The notes under the pieces are model-generated. The model had not been told where the DNA came from. It saw nothing but the letters and a program-made list of their open reading frames with translations, and did not search any database. Position numbers and translations under genes: made by a program. DNA of 64,000 bases from Thermodesulfobacteriota bacterium (GTDB lineage Bacteria > Desulfobacterota_D > UBA1144 > Nemesobacterales > Nemesobacteraceae). This document shows positions 47,699 through 63,100 of this stretch, in pieces. The stretch is from NCBI GenBank assembly GCA_965204665.1, contig OZ242002.1:1367150-1431149 (forward strand). Reading direction: 5' to 3'. Numbering within the stretch: the first letter of the stretch is position 1; every line of letters begins with the position of its first letter.

Positions 47699-48196
47699 TC
47701 AGGAAAAGATTTCCTCTATCTTGGAATTCACCTCGTCTTCTTTCTCTCCGAGCGCTATGGAAACTTCCTTCACCAGATGTGAAAGCGCGTTTTCCCTTAT
47801 CCTCTTTTCGCCGAAAGAAAGATTCTTCACTTCTCTCAGGTGGTTTATGTCTCTTAGCACCGTTGCTATCTCGTAGATGTCGCCGCTTTTCACCTTGTCT
47901 GCGTACTCCTTGTATCTCTTGTTCCAACTCTGTCCTCCGGGATTGGGAGTGTCGGGAGCCTGCTTCCGGAGTATGTCCAGGATTTTCTTGACCTCCTTTT
48001 TTCCGATGACTGGCCTCAGTCCGACCGAGTCCACGTTGTCGGTGGGAACCATGAGTGTCACGTTGCTTTGAAGAACATTGAGTACATAGAAAAATTTCTT
48101 GGAGCCCAGTATTTCTTTTTCCTCGACCCCCTGAACTTCAACTACTCCGTGCACCGGGTATACGGCATTCTGTCCTACTTCAAATTGAGTGCTCAT
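47699..48196 (-). CDS. carD: CarD/CdnL-family transcriptional regulator
   Basis: FEVGQNAVYPVHGVVEVQGVEEKEILGSKKFFYVL is typical of the CarD N-terminal RNAP-interacting domain. 165 aa. Confidence 0.85.
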   Translation of the reverse strand: MSTQFEVGQNAVYPVHGVVEVQGVEEKEILGSKKFFYVLNVLQSNVTLMVPTDNVDSVGLRPVIGKKEVKKILDILRKQAPDTPNPGGQSWNKRYKEYADKVKSGDIYEIATVLRDINHLREVKNLSFGEKRIRENALSHLVKEVSIALGEKEDEVNSKIEEIFS

Positions 48197-48273
48197 TATT
48201 AGTTAAATTATATGGGCTACAACTATAACCGATTAACCGGCAGATTGCCAAAAAACGCACATGGAAAGCTGTT

Positions 48274-49476
48274 TTGACGGATAAAACCTGTGATTTTCTC
48301 ATCGTCGGGGCCGGGGTTCTGGGTCTTGCCGCAGCGAATGAACTTCTTGCTCGCGGTCTTAAGGATATAATCGTACTGGAGAAGGAAAAAAGTCTGGGCA
48401 TGCACGGAAGCGGCCGCAACAGCGGTGTTCTGCATGCCGGAGTGTACTATCCCCCGGATTCCTTGAAAGCCGGACACTGTGTGGAAGGCAACGGACTTCT
48501 GAGGAGTTTCTGTGAGGAGAACGGTGTTGATATCCGTCTCTGCGGGAAGGTTATAGTCGCTTCATCCGAAGAGAAACTGGACGGGCTTCTGTCGCTGCAG
48601 AAAAGAGCTGAAAAAAACGGAGTCAGATCATATCTTGTCGATGAAGAGGAACTTGCGGAAATAGAACCTCACGCAACTACGTTCGAAAAGGCCATATATT
48701 CTCCCGATACGGCCGTATTCGATCCCATGGGAGTTCTTCATGCCATGCGCGCAAGGGTGACTGAAAAAGGTAAAGTCCGCATTCTTTTCAATACGGCTTT
48801 TACAGGAAGAAAAGACGACAGCACGGTTCTTACCAGCAGAGGGGAGATAGGATACGGAAAACTCGTAAACATGGCGGGTCTTCATTCGGACACGGTCGCG
48901 CGCAGTTACGGCATCGGATCCCGATACAGAGCTATTCCCTTTATGGGGACCTACAGAGAAGTTGTGCGGAGCGGTTCTCATCTGGTCCGCGGCAACATCT
49001 ATCCTGTTCCTGATCCCGAAATGCCTTTTCTGGGAGTGCATTTTACGAAAAGCACATCCGGAAGAGTGTTCGCCGGTCCCACGGCCGTACCGGTTTTCGG
49101 CAGGGAGAGTTACAGGTTCGCGGAAGATCTCGGGCTTGAATCGTTTCAGTTTCTTTACAGAAATTTGACAATGTTGATAACCGATGATGCTTTCAGGGCC
49201 AATGCGTTTTCGGAGGCGAAGAAATACCTCGGGGAGTATTTTTACAAGGAAGCCCGGAAACTTGTTCCCGCGCTTCTGCCCGAACACCTCGAACCTTCCG
49301 GTAAAACCGGTATCCGTTCCCAACTTGTGGACTGGAAGAAGAAAAAACTTGTTACGGATTATGTCGTCTGCAGGGAGAAAAACAGCGTCCATGTGTTGAA
49401 CGCCGTATCGCCGGCCTTCACGTCCTCAATGTCGTTTGCAAAGCATGTGGTGGATTTCCTGATTGAAGAAGAATAG
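48274..49476 (+). CDS. lhgO: FAD-dependent L-2-hydroxyglutarate oxidase-like oxidoreductase
   Basis: FAD fold DFLIVGAGVLGLAAA, then GRNSGVLHAGVYYPPDSLKA. Confidence 0.78.
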   Translation: MTDKTCDFLIVGAGVLGLAAANELLARGLKDIIVLEKEKSLGMHGSGRNSGVLHAGVYYPPDSLKAGHCVEGNGLLRSFCEENGVDIRLCGKVIVASSEEKLDGLLSLQKRAEKNGVRSYLVDEEELAEIEPHATTFEKAIYSPDTAVFDPMGVLHAMRARVTEKGKVRILFNTAFTGRKDDSTVLTSRGEIGYGKLVNMAGLHSDTVARSYGIGSRYRAIPFMGTYREVVRSGSHLVRGNIYPVPDPEMPFLGVHFTKSTSGRVFAGPTAVPVFGRESYRFAEDLGLESFQFLYRNLTMLITDDAFRANAFSEAKKYLGEYFYKEARKLVPALLPEHLEPSGKTGIRSQLVDWKKKKLVTDYVVCREKNSVHVLNAVSPAFTSSMSFAKHVVDFLIEEE

Positions 49477-49647
49477 CCGGAGTTCAGTCTGTATAAATCC
49501 GTGTTTTAACCGCTTGGAATCGCTGAGAGGGAAATGACATGTCCTGATGGCTTCTTATCTTGAAAAATCCGAAGGATTCTGTTTAATATTCAGGCGGTCG
49601 TTTCGTCTTCTGGAGGCTGCGTTCAACTTTGACTGATCGGACCGAAA

Positions 49648-50919
49648 ATGCCTGAACGGATAATCCTGAGAAACTACATCAACAGGGAGAATTCACATAC
49701 CATCGAGTCATATCTTCGCTCCGGCGGATATTCCGCCGTCAGAAAAGCTTTTGCGATGGCTCCCGAAGAAGTGACCGCCGCGGTCAAGAAATCGGGTCTC
49801 AGGGGCAGGGGAGGGGCCGGTTTTCCGGCCGGTATAAAATGGAGTTTTATTCCGCCCGATTCAAAAAAACCCGTTTATCTCTGCTGTAATGCCGATGAAA
49901 GCGAGCCGGGGAGTTTCAAGGACAGGGAAATTCTGGAAAAAGACCCTCATCAGATGATAGAGGGGATAATAATCGCCTGCTACGCGATCGGTTCCCACAA
50001 GGCATACATATATATAAGAGGGGAGATGCCCTACGGGGCTAAGAGGATACAGCAGGCCATTGAAGAAGCCTACCACTATGGTTATCTGGGAAAGAATGTC
50101 CTTCTCACGGGTTTCGATATTGATTTGAAGTTGTATATCGGCGCAGGCGCCTATATCTGCGGAGAGGAAACAGGACTTCTTGAGTCCATAGAGGGGAAAA
50201 AGGGAGAACCCAGGCCCAAACCTCCTTTTCCGGCGCAGGTGGGTCTTTTCGGTTGTCCCACCATAGTCAACAATGTGGAGACGCTTGCATGCGTTCCGCA
50301 CATAATAAACAACGGCGCGGACTGGTTCTCTTCAATAGGGGTTCCGAGAAACACGGGAACCAAGATTTTCGGGCTGAGCGGATGCGTTAACAATCCCGGA
50401 CTCTATGAACTTCCCCTGGGGATAAATCTCCGTGAGTTGATTGACGAATACGGCGGCGGGATTTTCTTCGGAAGAAAGATAAAAGCTGTTTCTCCGGGCG
50501 GGTCCTCGTCGGCGGTTTTCAGTGCCGATGAACTGGATATTTCGATGGATTTTGATTCAATCGCAGCTGCGGGCTCCATGCTGGGCACAGCCGGCGTTAC
50601 GGTCATGGACGACACGGTGAGTATGATAAAAGTCGCCCGCAACCTCGCCCATTTCTACAGAGATGAGTCATGCGGACAGTGCGTTCAGTGCAGAGAAGGA
50701 ACATGGTGGCTTGAGAAGATGCTGAGAGATATTGATGAAGGCAGAGGTTCTCTTGAATACCTGGACATAATACTTGACGCATGCTCCCAGATGAGTGGGA
50801 CGACCATATGTGCTCTTGCCGACGGTTGCGCTATGCCGGTTGCGTCTATAGTCAGGAAATTCAGAGATGAGTTTGAAGGTCATATAATTGAGAACTGTGG
50901 TCGGATTTCAAACAACTAA
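49648..50919 (+). CDS. nuoF: NADH-quinone oxidoreductase subunit F
   Basis: GLRGRGGAGFPAGIKWSF, NADESEPGSFKDR, ICGEETGLLESIEG, ESCGQCVQCREG (4Fe-4S). Confidence 0.92.
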   Translation: MPERIILRNYINRENSHTIESYLRSGGYSAVRKAFAMAPEEVTAAVKKSGLRGRGGAGFPAGIKWSFIPPDSKKPVYLCCNADESEPGSFKDREILEKDPHQMIEGIIIACYAIGSHKAYIYIRGEMPYGAKRIQQAIEEAYHYGYLGKNVLLTGFDIDLKLYIGAGAYICGEETGLLESIEGKKGEPRPKPPFPAQVGLFGCPTIVNNVETLACVPHIINNGADWFSSIGVPRNTGTKIFGLSGCVNNPGLYELPLGINLRELIDEYGGGIFFGRKIKAVSPGGSSSAVFSADELDISMDFDSIAAAGSMLGTAGVTVMDDTVSMIKVARNLAHFYRDESCGQCVQCREGTWWLEKMLRDIDEGRGSLEYLDIILDACSQMSGTTICALADGCAMPVASIVRKFRDEFEGHIIENCGRISNN

Positions 50920-51123
50920 GCTGCCTATTGTGGTTCTGTTGCTCACATAATACCATGCGTTGTAAGACACTCATTGAGCAGCGCGAATATCTCCCTGCAG
51001 TCAGACCTGAAGAACCCAACGGTCAGGGGTATGGAATCGAAAGACAGTACTTTGGATTGACTGTGGTCGTGTCTTTGATATATTGCTTGAGCCATCCCAC
51101 AAATTTTTCAGGAGGAAAAACAA

Positions 51124-52371
51124 ATGACCCAACTTACGTTTAGAATGCTCCGCGATGCTGTTGTCGGCGAATCGGTTGCGTTGCGCTCCCGCATGACTTT
51201 GCAACCCGCTGGAGGCGAAGGAGACAAGGTCTTCCCGCCGTCCTACAACACTGATGCTTCTTCCGCACACAAGTACGCTGTTGAGCAAAGGCGGGTTGGT
51301 GATAGGGTGACGACCACTGTGTTGCTTGATTCTGTTGCTTCGCAGGCAAACCGTGCGGAACTCGCACTGCTCGAAGGATGGGAGCGAGGTGAACTGGTAT
51401 TTCCCGTGCCCTATGTCAATTTTTCCGATGACGGGGACATGACGGACTACGAGAAACTGACTGTGTTGGAAGTGCCCCACCGGTTGGGGGATGCAATTTT
51501 CCGCGATAGCTTGCTCAACGGCACACTGTTTCGCCTGTCCGAAATCGGCCAGGCGATTACAAATGCCACGCCTCGCAACGCCACAGACATGTTTCGCTAT
51601 TCCCCGACTTCCTTGCTGTTCGGCATGTGGGACTCAACCGGTCCGAAAGGTGGACTGGGGTCCAAGTTCCAACGTGCCTATGTGTCTGAGATCGTTGGTC
51701 TTGATGCTGAGATAGGCAAGAAGGTCGGTAGTCGTCTTGATCCATTACAGATTGAGAAAGTTACCCCTGAAGACCGTGTTTACAACAGCGCGGACAAGAG
51801 CGAGGTGTGGACTGACGATCCAAATCTAGCGGAGATGGACAGGCAGAAGAAGCCCCTATATGCTTCGCGTGGTAGCAATAGAGGCGATTCCGGACAGCCA
51901 TCAAAGATCAATCACGGCAACATCCCTCCTTCAATTGACTCCCAAGCTGGCGGTGTCACAATTTCGAGCGCTCTGCAGACTACCGTGATTTCCTTTGCCG
52001 CCCTTCGCAGGCTACGGTGCAAGGGTCATTCCAGAGAAGCGGAGGTTGCTGTACACACGGCGGTTGCGGCGCTTGGGGTCGCGGCCATAGCCTACCAACA
52101 TGAAATTGACTTCGACCTTCGGTCGCGTTGTCTGCTGCTTCCGACGCATCGTCCCAAACTTGAGTTGTTACGTCGCGACGGCTCCCCCGGAGAAGTAGTA
52201 GAGGTGGACCGAACTACCTCCGCTCAAATTCTCAAAAGTGCAGCAGCGCAGGCGGAAACGGTCGGGGTCGGCTGGGAGACTGATGAAATTCAGCTCCTGC
52301 CTGCACCGAAGCTGCTGGAGTTGATTAAACGTAGCCGCAAGATATCTGCTGCCGAGCCTACGGCGGAGTGA
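51124..52371 (+). CDS. cas7: Type I-G (I-U) Cas7, Csb1/GSU0053 family
   Basis: N-terminal LQPAGGEGDKVFPPSYN and WDSTGPKGGLGSKFQRAYVSEIVG are typical of Csb1. First gene of a tightly packed cas operon. Confidence 0.8.
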   Translation: MTQLTFRMLRDAVVGESVALRSRMTLQPAGGEGDKVFPPSYNTDASSAHKYAVEQRRVGDRVTTTVLLDSVASQANRAELALLEGWERGELVFPVPYVNFSDDGDMTDYEKLTVLEVPHRLGDAIFRDSLLNGTLFRLSEIGQAITNATPRNATDMFRYSPTSLLFGMWDSTGPKGGLGSKFQRAYVSEIVGLDAEIGKKVGSRLDPLQIEKVTPEDRVYNSADKSEVWTDDPNLAEMDRQKKPLYASRGSNRGDSGQPSKINHGNIPPSIDSQAGGVTISSALQTTVISFAALRRLRCKGHSREAEVAVHTAVAALGVAAIAYQHEIDFDLRSRCLLLPTHRPKLELLRRDGSPGEVVEVDRTTSAQILKSAAAQAETVGVGWETDEIQLLPAPKLLELIKRSRKISAAEPTAE

Positions 52372-56877
<4,506 letters not shown>

Positions 56878-56881
<4 letters not shown>

Positions 56882-57822
56882 ATGGTACACATCTACTAGG
56901 GCTCGAAGGTACGAATCCGTTGGCCTTTCTCGCTGCCCTTGGATTGCAGGTGGCATTCGCAACCGAAGACAGACAACAACCTCCGCGGTTATGGTGGAGC
57001 GATGACACTGTGCCCCATGCGGTCGTGGACAAGAACTTCACCGTCGATTTAATCGTGGACCGGGCGTTGTCTGCGTTTGAGTGCTGGAAGTGTAGTCCGG
57101 CCATCAATCCAAGAAGAGAGGACGGCTCTCCAATGCCTAAGGGTGACGAACTCAAGTTGATTCCTGAAGACATCGAGACGTATCTCAATCAAGCTGTACA
57201 GTGTGCATGGAGTGGCAGTTTGGCCACTGCTCTTCTGGCTCAAGGTAGTTTGGACAACCAGGGTGTTGCGAAGCCCTCCGATTTCTACTTTACAGCAGGG
57301 CAACAAAAATTCCTAGATGTAGCTCGTAAAGTCCTTACTGCTGCCAATTGCGATGAAATCAAGAGAGGGCTCGAAGGTCCATGGGATTACAAAAGTAAAG
57401 AGTCTTCCCTTGGATGGGATGTTACTGATGACCGTGTATATGCACTCATGAGCGGTAACCCTAGTGTAGAGGATAAATTCACCAATCCTGGGCCGGAGGC
57501 ATTGGCTCTGTTGGGGCTGAGTCTGTATCCGGTCTTCGCAGGTCGAGAGCGTACAAAAACACAGGGATGCTCAGGAAAATGGAAGAGCGGCTACTACTCT
57601 TGGCCGCTGTGGTGGAAACCGGCTTCTCTGCGTGCTGTCAAATCGCTCTTAGCACATGCTTACGATCATACAGATACGACAACTTCGAATCGTCACCGCT
57701 GGTACGGTGCTTGGGGCGTATTCACTATACTCCGGTCATCAATTCGTCGAACCGACCAAGGTGGCTATGGAACATTCGGGCCGGCAGAGGTTATTTGGCA
57801 ACATACACGACAGATGGACTAA
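56878..57822 (+). CDS. Cas8u-like protein (Csb3/Csx17-related), short form
   Basis: The N-terminus HLLGLEGTNPLAFLAALGLQVAF resembles the L.GC...PL..YLKALGVLRL start of Csx17/Cas8u proteins. ATGA overlap with cas3. 314 aa. Confidence 0.55.
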
Positions 57823-57860
57823 TCTAGGTTGCCGAACTCTATACTATAAGAGTCTGTTCA

Positions 57861-59597
57861 ATGAATTATCCACGACAAGGGGAAAATGCATCGGAATCAT
57901 CAATGATCAGCAATGAACCACTTGTGCCTGCACGAATGGTCAACGAATTTGTCTACTGTCCTCGGCTTGCTTATTTAATGTGGAGCCAAGCAGAGTGGTT
58001 GGAAACGGGAGATACAGTAGAAGGTCGACGAGTTCATGCTCGTGTGGACCGTCCTAATGAACCACTCCCAGATCCTGAGATTTTGGACACAGATTCTAAA
58101 ATAGTAAGCCGGTCTCTTATGTTGTCATCCGAGAAACTGGGTGTGATCGCAAAAATTGATATAGTTGAATCGGATAGTGGGATGATAACTCCGATTGACT
58201 ACAAAAAGGGCAAAAGACCCCATGTAGCCCAAGGGGCTTACCAACCGGAACGCGTACAAGTCTGTCTTCAAGCTATGTTACTTGAGGAGCACGGTTATCA
58301 AGTTAAAGAGGGTGCGATCTGGTACGCCAAGAGCAGAGAACGTGTTCGTGTAGTGCTCGATGAAGAATTACGCGTTGACGCATGCAAGTCGTTAGCACAG
58401 CTTCGAGGTACTGTTAAGCAGGGCCGTATCCCACCTCCGTTAGAGGACAGTCCGAAGTGTCCCCGTTGTGCGCTTGTCTCCATCTGCCTTCCAGATGAAA
58501 TGGGCTTGCTCAGTGGTTTCAATTTTGCACCACGGCCGATTGCTGTTGGGGCGGATGGATGCTTGCCTCTAGTTGTCCAGTCGCAGCGTGCCCGTATTGC
58601 TAAAGAAGGTGAGACACTCAAAATTATTGATGGAGATCAGGGAAGTAAGAATGTAAGGATGATTGAGATTTCCGATGTTGCATTATACGGGAATGTCTCA
58701 ATTACCACACCTGCGCTAAGTGCTCTTATGGACAGGGAAATTCCAGTGTCTTTTCACAGTCATGGAGGATGGTTTCGTGGGATTACTCAGGGTACTGGTC
58801 ACCGCAATGTGGAAGTACGCACCGCTCAATACAAACGGAGTTTCGACACGGAGTTTTGTCTGCGTTTTTCTCGTGATTTGATCGCGGCCAAAATTGTGAA
58901 CCAGCGAACTATACTGCGTCGTAATTGGCGCGGAGAAAAAGAAAACCGTAAGATGGTGTTGGATCATCTCAAATCATCCCGTAGGTCGGCAATTGTTGCG
59001 AGCACCATGAATGAGTTGTTAGGGCATGAAGGTGATGCTGCAGCGACTTACTTTAGGGCATTTTCAAGTCTTCTGACACCACCGAGGAAAGGAGATGCCT
59101 CGGATGATACGAATGGACTAACTCGCCCATTTCACTTTAATGCTCGAAATCGACGGCCTCCAACCGATCCTGTAAACGCTATGCTGTCTCTTGCATACGC
59201 TATGCTGACTAGATATTTTACGGTATCCCTCGCTACTGTAGGGCTTGATCCTTATCGAGGTTTATTTCATGCCTCACGTTACGGAAAGCCTGCCTTAACT
59301 CTTGATCTGATGGAGCCGTTTCGCCCGCTGATTGCTGACTCCGTAGTGCTGTCTGTTGTAAACACTGGAGAGATATCGGCAAATGATTTCGTCAGCGTGT
59401 CTACAGGGACAGCGCTTACCACTTCAGGTCGCAAGCGTTTTATCGGTGCATTTGAACGGCGAATGTCTCAAGAAACTACGCACCCATTGTTTGGTTATAG
59501 GCTCAGTACAAGGCGGCTTTTACTACTTCAGGCGCGGTTGTTATGCCGTCACTTTATGGGAGAGTTACCGGCGTATCCACATTATCTCCCGCGATGA
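57861..59597 (+). CDS. cas1: Cas4-Cas1 fusion
   Basis: Cas4 part: FVYCPRLAYLMW, IDYKKGK, CPRCALVSIC (Fe-S cysteines). Cas1 part: NAMLSLAYAML, GLDPYRGLFHASRYGKPALTLDLMEPFRPLIAD. Confidence 0.9.
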   Translation: MNYPRQGENASESSMISNEPLVPARMVNEFVYCPRLAYLMWSQAEWLETGDTVEGRRVHARVDRPNEPLPDPEILDTDSKIVSRSLMLSSEKLGVIAKIDIVESDSGMITPIDYKKGKRPHVAQGAYQPERVQVCLQAMLLEEHGYQVKEGAIWYAKSRERVRVVLDEELRVDACKSLAQLRGTVKQGRIPPPLEDSPKCPRCALVSICLPDEMGLLSGFNFAPRPIAVGADGCLPLVVQSQRARIAKEGETLKIIDGDQGSKNVRMIEISDVALYGNVSITTPALSALMDREIPVSFHSHGGWFRGITQGTGHRNVEVRTAQYKRSFDTEFCLRFSRDLIAAKIVNQRTILRRNWRGEKENRKMVLDHLKSSRRSAIVASTMNELLGHEGDAAATYFRAFSSLLTPPRKGDASDDTNGLTRPFHFNARNRRPPTDPVNAMLSLAYAMLTRYFTVSLATVGLDPYRGLFHASRYGKPALTLDLMEPFRPLIADSVVLSVVNTGEISANDFVSVSTGTALTTSGRKRFIGAFERRMSQETTHPLFGYRLSTRRLLLLQARLLCRHFMGELPAYPHYLPR

Positions 59598-59905
59598 AGA
59601 TTTCAGTCCAAATGAGTGATGAACGCACTTACATAGTTATGTATGACATATCTAATAGCAAACGCTGGCGGAGTGTCTTCAAAGTTATGAACGGATTTGG
59701 TGAATGGCTTCAACTTTCAGTCTTTCAGTGTCGTTTGTCGAAGCGACGGCGTGCTGAATTGGAAACGGAGTTATGCAGAGTGATTGAGATGGGGAAGGAC
59801 CATGTTCTGATTATCGATATTGGACCGGCAAATAAGTCTGATGTTGCTGTGGTAAGTCTTGGCAAAACATATTCCGCGATTGAACGTCAAGCCATTATTG
59901 TATAA
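59594..59905 (+). CDS. cas2: Cas2
   Basis: YIVMYDISNSKRWRSVFKVMNGFGEWLQLSVFQCRLS. The start at 59594 overlaps the cas1 stop (ATGA); alternative start 59612. Confidence 0.85.
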   Translation: MKISVQMSDERTYIVMYDISNSKRWRSVFKVMNGFGEWLQLSVFQCRLSKRRRAELETELCRVIEMGKDHVLIIDIGPANKSDVAVVSLGKTYSAIERQAIIV

Positions 59906-60170
59906 TCTTGAAGTTGAACTGAGAAATAACATGCAGAGTGAAAATCTGCAAAATTCAATAAGTATGTATTGCCGATGTAATTCGAGCGGCATGGTACTGT
60001 TAAAACCCCGTGAGGCAGTCGAAATTATAAATATTGAGTTATTTCAACACCAATTGGTCTTAAAAAAACAATGTTGATGGCTATACCTTTGTTTGTTTGG
60101 TGCAAAGAAGTACTGGTGCTCGAAAACATCCGAAAATTGCCAGAATCTTTAAAGGGTTATGCTGTAAGTC
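59906..60170 (+). promoter_or_regulatory. CRISPR leader (AT-rich, between cas2 and the first repeat)
   Basis: 265-bp AT-rich non-coding stretch directly 5' of repeat 1. Repeat orientation (3' end ATTGAAGC) agrees with transcription from this side. Confidence 0.55.
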
Positions 60171-63100
60171 CCTATCCGGGGTATAATTGCCCCGGCTTCA
60201 TTGAAGCGTTTTGAAATATGCGGTTCCGTCCAGCATCGTCAGGACCCTATCCGGGGTATAATTGCCCCGGCTTCATTGAAGCTCAGTCGGAAGGAATGAA
60301 CAGGGCAACCAGAGCAAGCCTATCCGGGGTATAATTGCCCCGGCTTCATTGAAGCTATGTGGCTGGTGAGTTGATCGAGGGTGTGACGGACCCTATCCGG
60401 GGTATAATTGCCCCGGCTTCATTGAAGCGTCGAGTTTTGTGGTTTTTGCAGGCCCGGCCAGGGACCTATCCGGGGTATAATTGCCCCGGCTTCATTGAAG
60501 CTTGAAAACATCATTTCTGAATTTCCAATGGACGAAGACCTATCCGGGGTATAATTGCCCCGGCTTCATTGAAGCACATTCACGCTGATAAGCATACTCG
60601 AGCGCTACATGCCCTATCCGGGGTATAATTGCCCCGGCTTCATTGAAGCTCGCTTATGCCGGCTTTTTCATCCAGCTCTGCATACCCTATCCGGGGTATA
60701 ATTGCCCCGGCTTCATTGAAGCTTTTACTCACCAGACCACAGTCCATCCCGCCGCAAGCCTATCCGGGGTATAATTGCCCCGGCTTCATTGAAGCGACAG
60801 CTCGGCACGGAACCGAGACGGGTGCTGGAAACCCTATCCGGGGTATAATTGCCCCGGCTTCATTGAAGCACCCATGACAAAAAATTATTTCCGAAGACGG
60901 AACCCCCCTATCCGGGGTATAATTGCCCCGGCTTCATTGAAGCGAAGTGGTGAGAGCGGACGCTTACGATATCGCGAGCCCTATCCGGGGTATAATTGCC
61001 CCGGCTTCATTGAAGCGAAAGTTTTTCAAAAATATCCTGAAGGAGATCGCTCACCCTATCCGGGGTATAATTGCCCCGGCTTCATTGAAGCCTTTCCTTG
61101 CCCGCCTTCGTTCTTGCGATCGTCTCCCCTATCCGGGGTATAATTGCCCCGGCTTCATTGAAGCCAAGCTCCATAACCAGCTCTGCCAGTTCGGGGTAGG
61201 GCCCTATCCGGGGTATAATTGCCCCGGCTTCATTGAAGCTAGCTTACATAAGCACCTACCGTCTTCAATCCGCGCCTATCCGGGGTATAATTGCCCCGGC
61301 TTCATTGAAGCTTATATTGCTGACATATGCCTCCGCCTGCTCCCGCGCCTATCCGGGGTATAATTGCCCCGGCTTCATTGAAGCCGCGTCGCATCATCGG
61401 AGTACGCTTTCGAGAACGGCGGACCTATCCGGGGTATAATTGCCCCGGCTTCATTGAAGCCGCGTCGCATCATCGGAGTACGCTTTCGAGAACGGCGGAC
61501 CTATCCGGGGTATAATTGCCCCGGCTTCATTGAAGCTGTCTCAACCTTCTACCTGTGGACTCCAGATAACCCACCTATCCGGGGTATAATTGCCCCGGCT
61601 TCATTGAAGCCAAAGATGCGATGAGAGCTTTCAATCCGCAGACCAGCCTATCCGGGGTATAATTGCCCCGGCTTCATTGAAGCGACTAAAAAAGTCATCG
61701 GCACGATCGCTCGTGATCGCCTATCCGGGGTATAATTGCCCCGGCTTCATTGAAGCGTTTTCATCCGCTTCCAGGTAATTTCCGAAAACGTACCTATCCG
61801 GGGTATAATTGCCCCGGCTTCATTGAAGCATATGAGTATACCATTGCCCCCACTCCGGTGGGGATTCCTATCCGGGGTATAATTGCCCCGGCTTCATTGA
61901 AGCATGGAAAGAACTCATCGAAGAGTTCAAACTGCCTGACCTATCCGGGGTATAATTGCCCCGGCTTCATTGAAGCATACGATATTCCCGAGCGGACTGA
62001 TGAAGGTCACGTGCCTATCCGGGGTATAATTGCCCCGGCTTCATTGAAGCAGAAGGATGCGGTGGGGCTCCGTCACGAATACGTAGACCTATCCGGGGTA
62101 TAATTGCCCCGGCTTCATTGAAGCCTATATACGGAGAAGAAGGAAAAAAGTACAGAGAAGCCTATCCGGGGTATAATTGCCCCGGCTTCATTGAAGCTCG
62201 ACTGCTTCCCCGGCAATGTCGATTTGAGTCGTCCCTATCCGGGGTATAATTGCCCCGGCTTCATTGAAGCGAGACCTCCATATAACCGACTTCGAACTTC
62301 GAAATGCCTATCCGGGGTATAATTGCCCCGGCTTCATTGAAGCAAGTCCGGGCGGTGAACAAAGAAGGGCAGAGCCCATCCTATCCGGGGTATAATTGCC
62401 CCGGCTTCATTGAAGCATCTCCGTGATGACGGGATTGGAAGTATCTTCGCCGTACCTATCCGGGGTATAATTGCCCCGGCTTCATTGAAGCTAAACGCAG
62501 ATGACATCGAAAGAATACGGCACGATGCCCTATCCGGGGTATAATTGCCCCGGCTTCATTGAAGCCCAGCGTCCAAACCGAATATATCGCTAAAGTGACG
62601 AACCTATCCGGGGTATAATTGCCCCGGCTTCATTGAAGCGAACCGTGCGCGCAACACATGGAGATGGCTTGAGATCCTATCCGGGGTATAATTGCCCCGG
62701 CTTCATTGAAGCGTCAAATGCGAGTGGTATCTGGACGGCAAAAAGGTAACCTATCCGGGGTATAATTGCCCCGGCTTCATTGAAGCGGAATCGAAAAAGA
62801 CCCTGTCGTTTACGACATTCTGACCTATCCGGGGTATAATTGCCCCGGCTTCATTGAAGCTAGTTTATCGATTCCGATTCGAACTTGCCGACCTGACCTA
62901 TCCGGGGTATAATTGCCCCGTCTTCATTGAAGCGCATAGGCTCTGTATGTCGGATCCACCGCATCATCGGCCCTATCCGGGGTATAATTGCCCCGGCTTC
63001 ATTGAAGCGAGAAAATATTCGGAGCCAGCAACCCGTATCTGGACCTATCCGGGGTATAATTGCCCCGGCTTCATTGAAGCCTCGTACAGATGCGCATCAA

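Noticed and set aside
61385-62971. Spacers 17/18 and spacer 38 share the 11-mer CGCATCATCGG, hinting at a common target.
   Set aside because: An 11-nt match among 52 spacers can arise by chance, and the rest of the spacers do not align.
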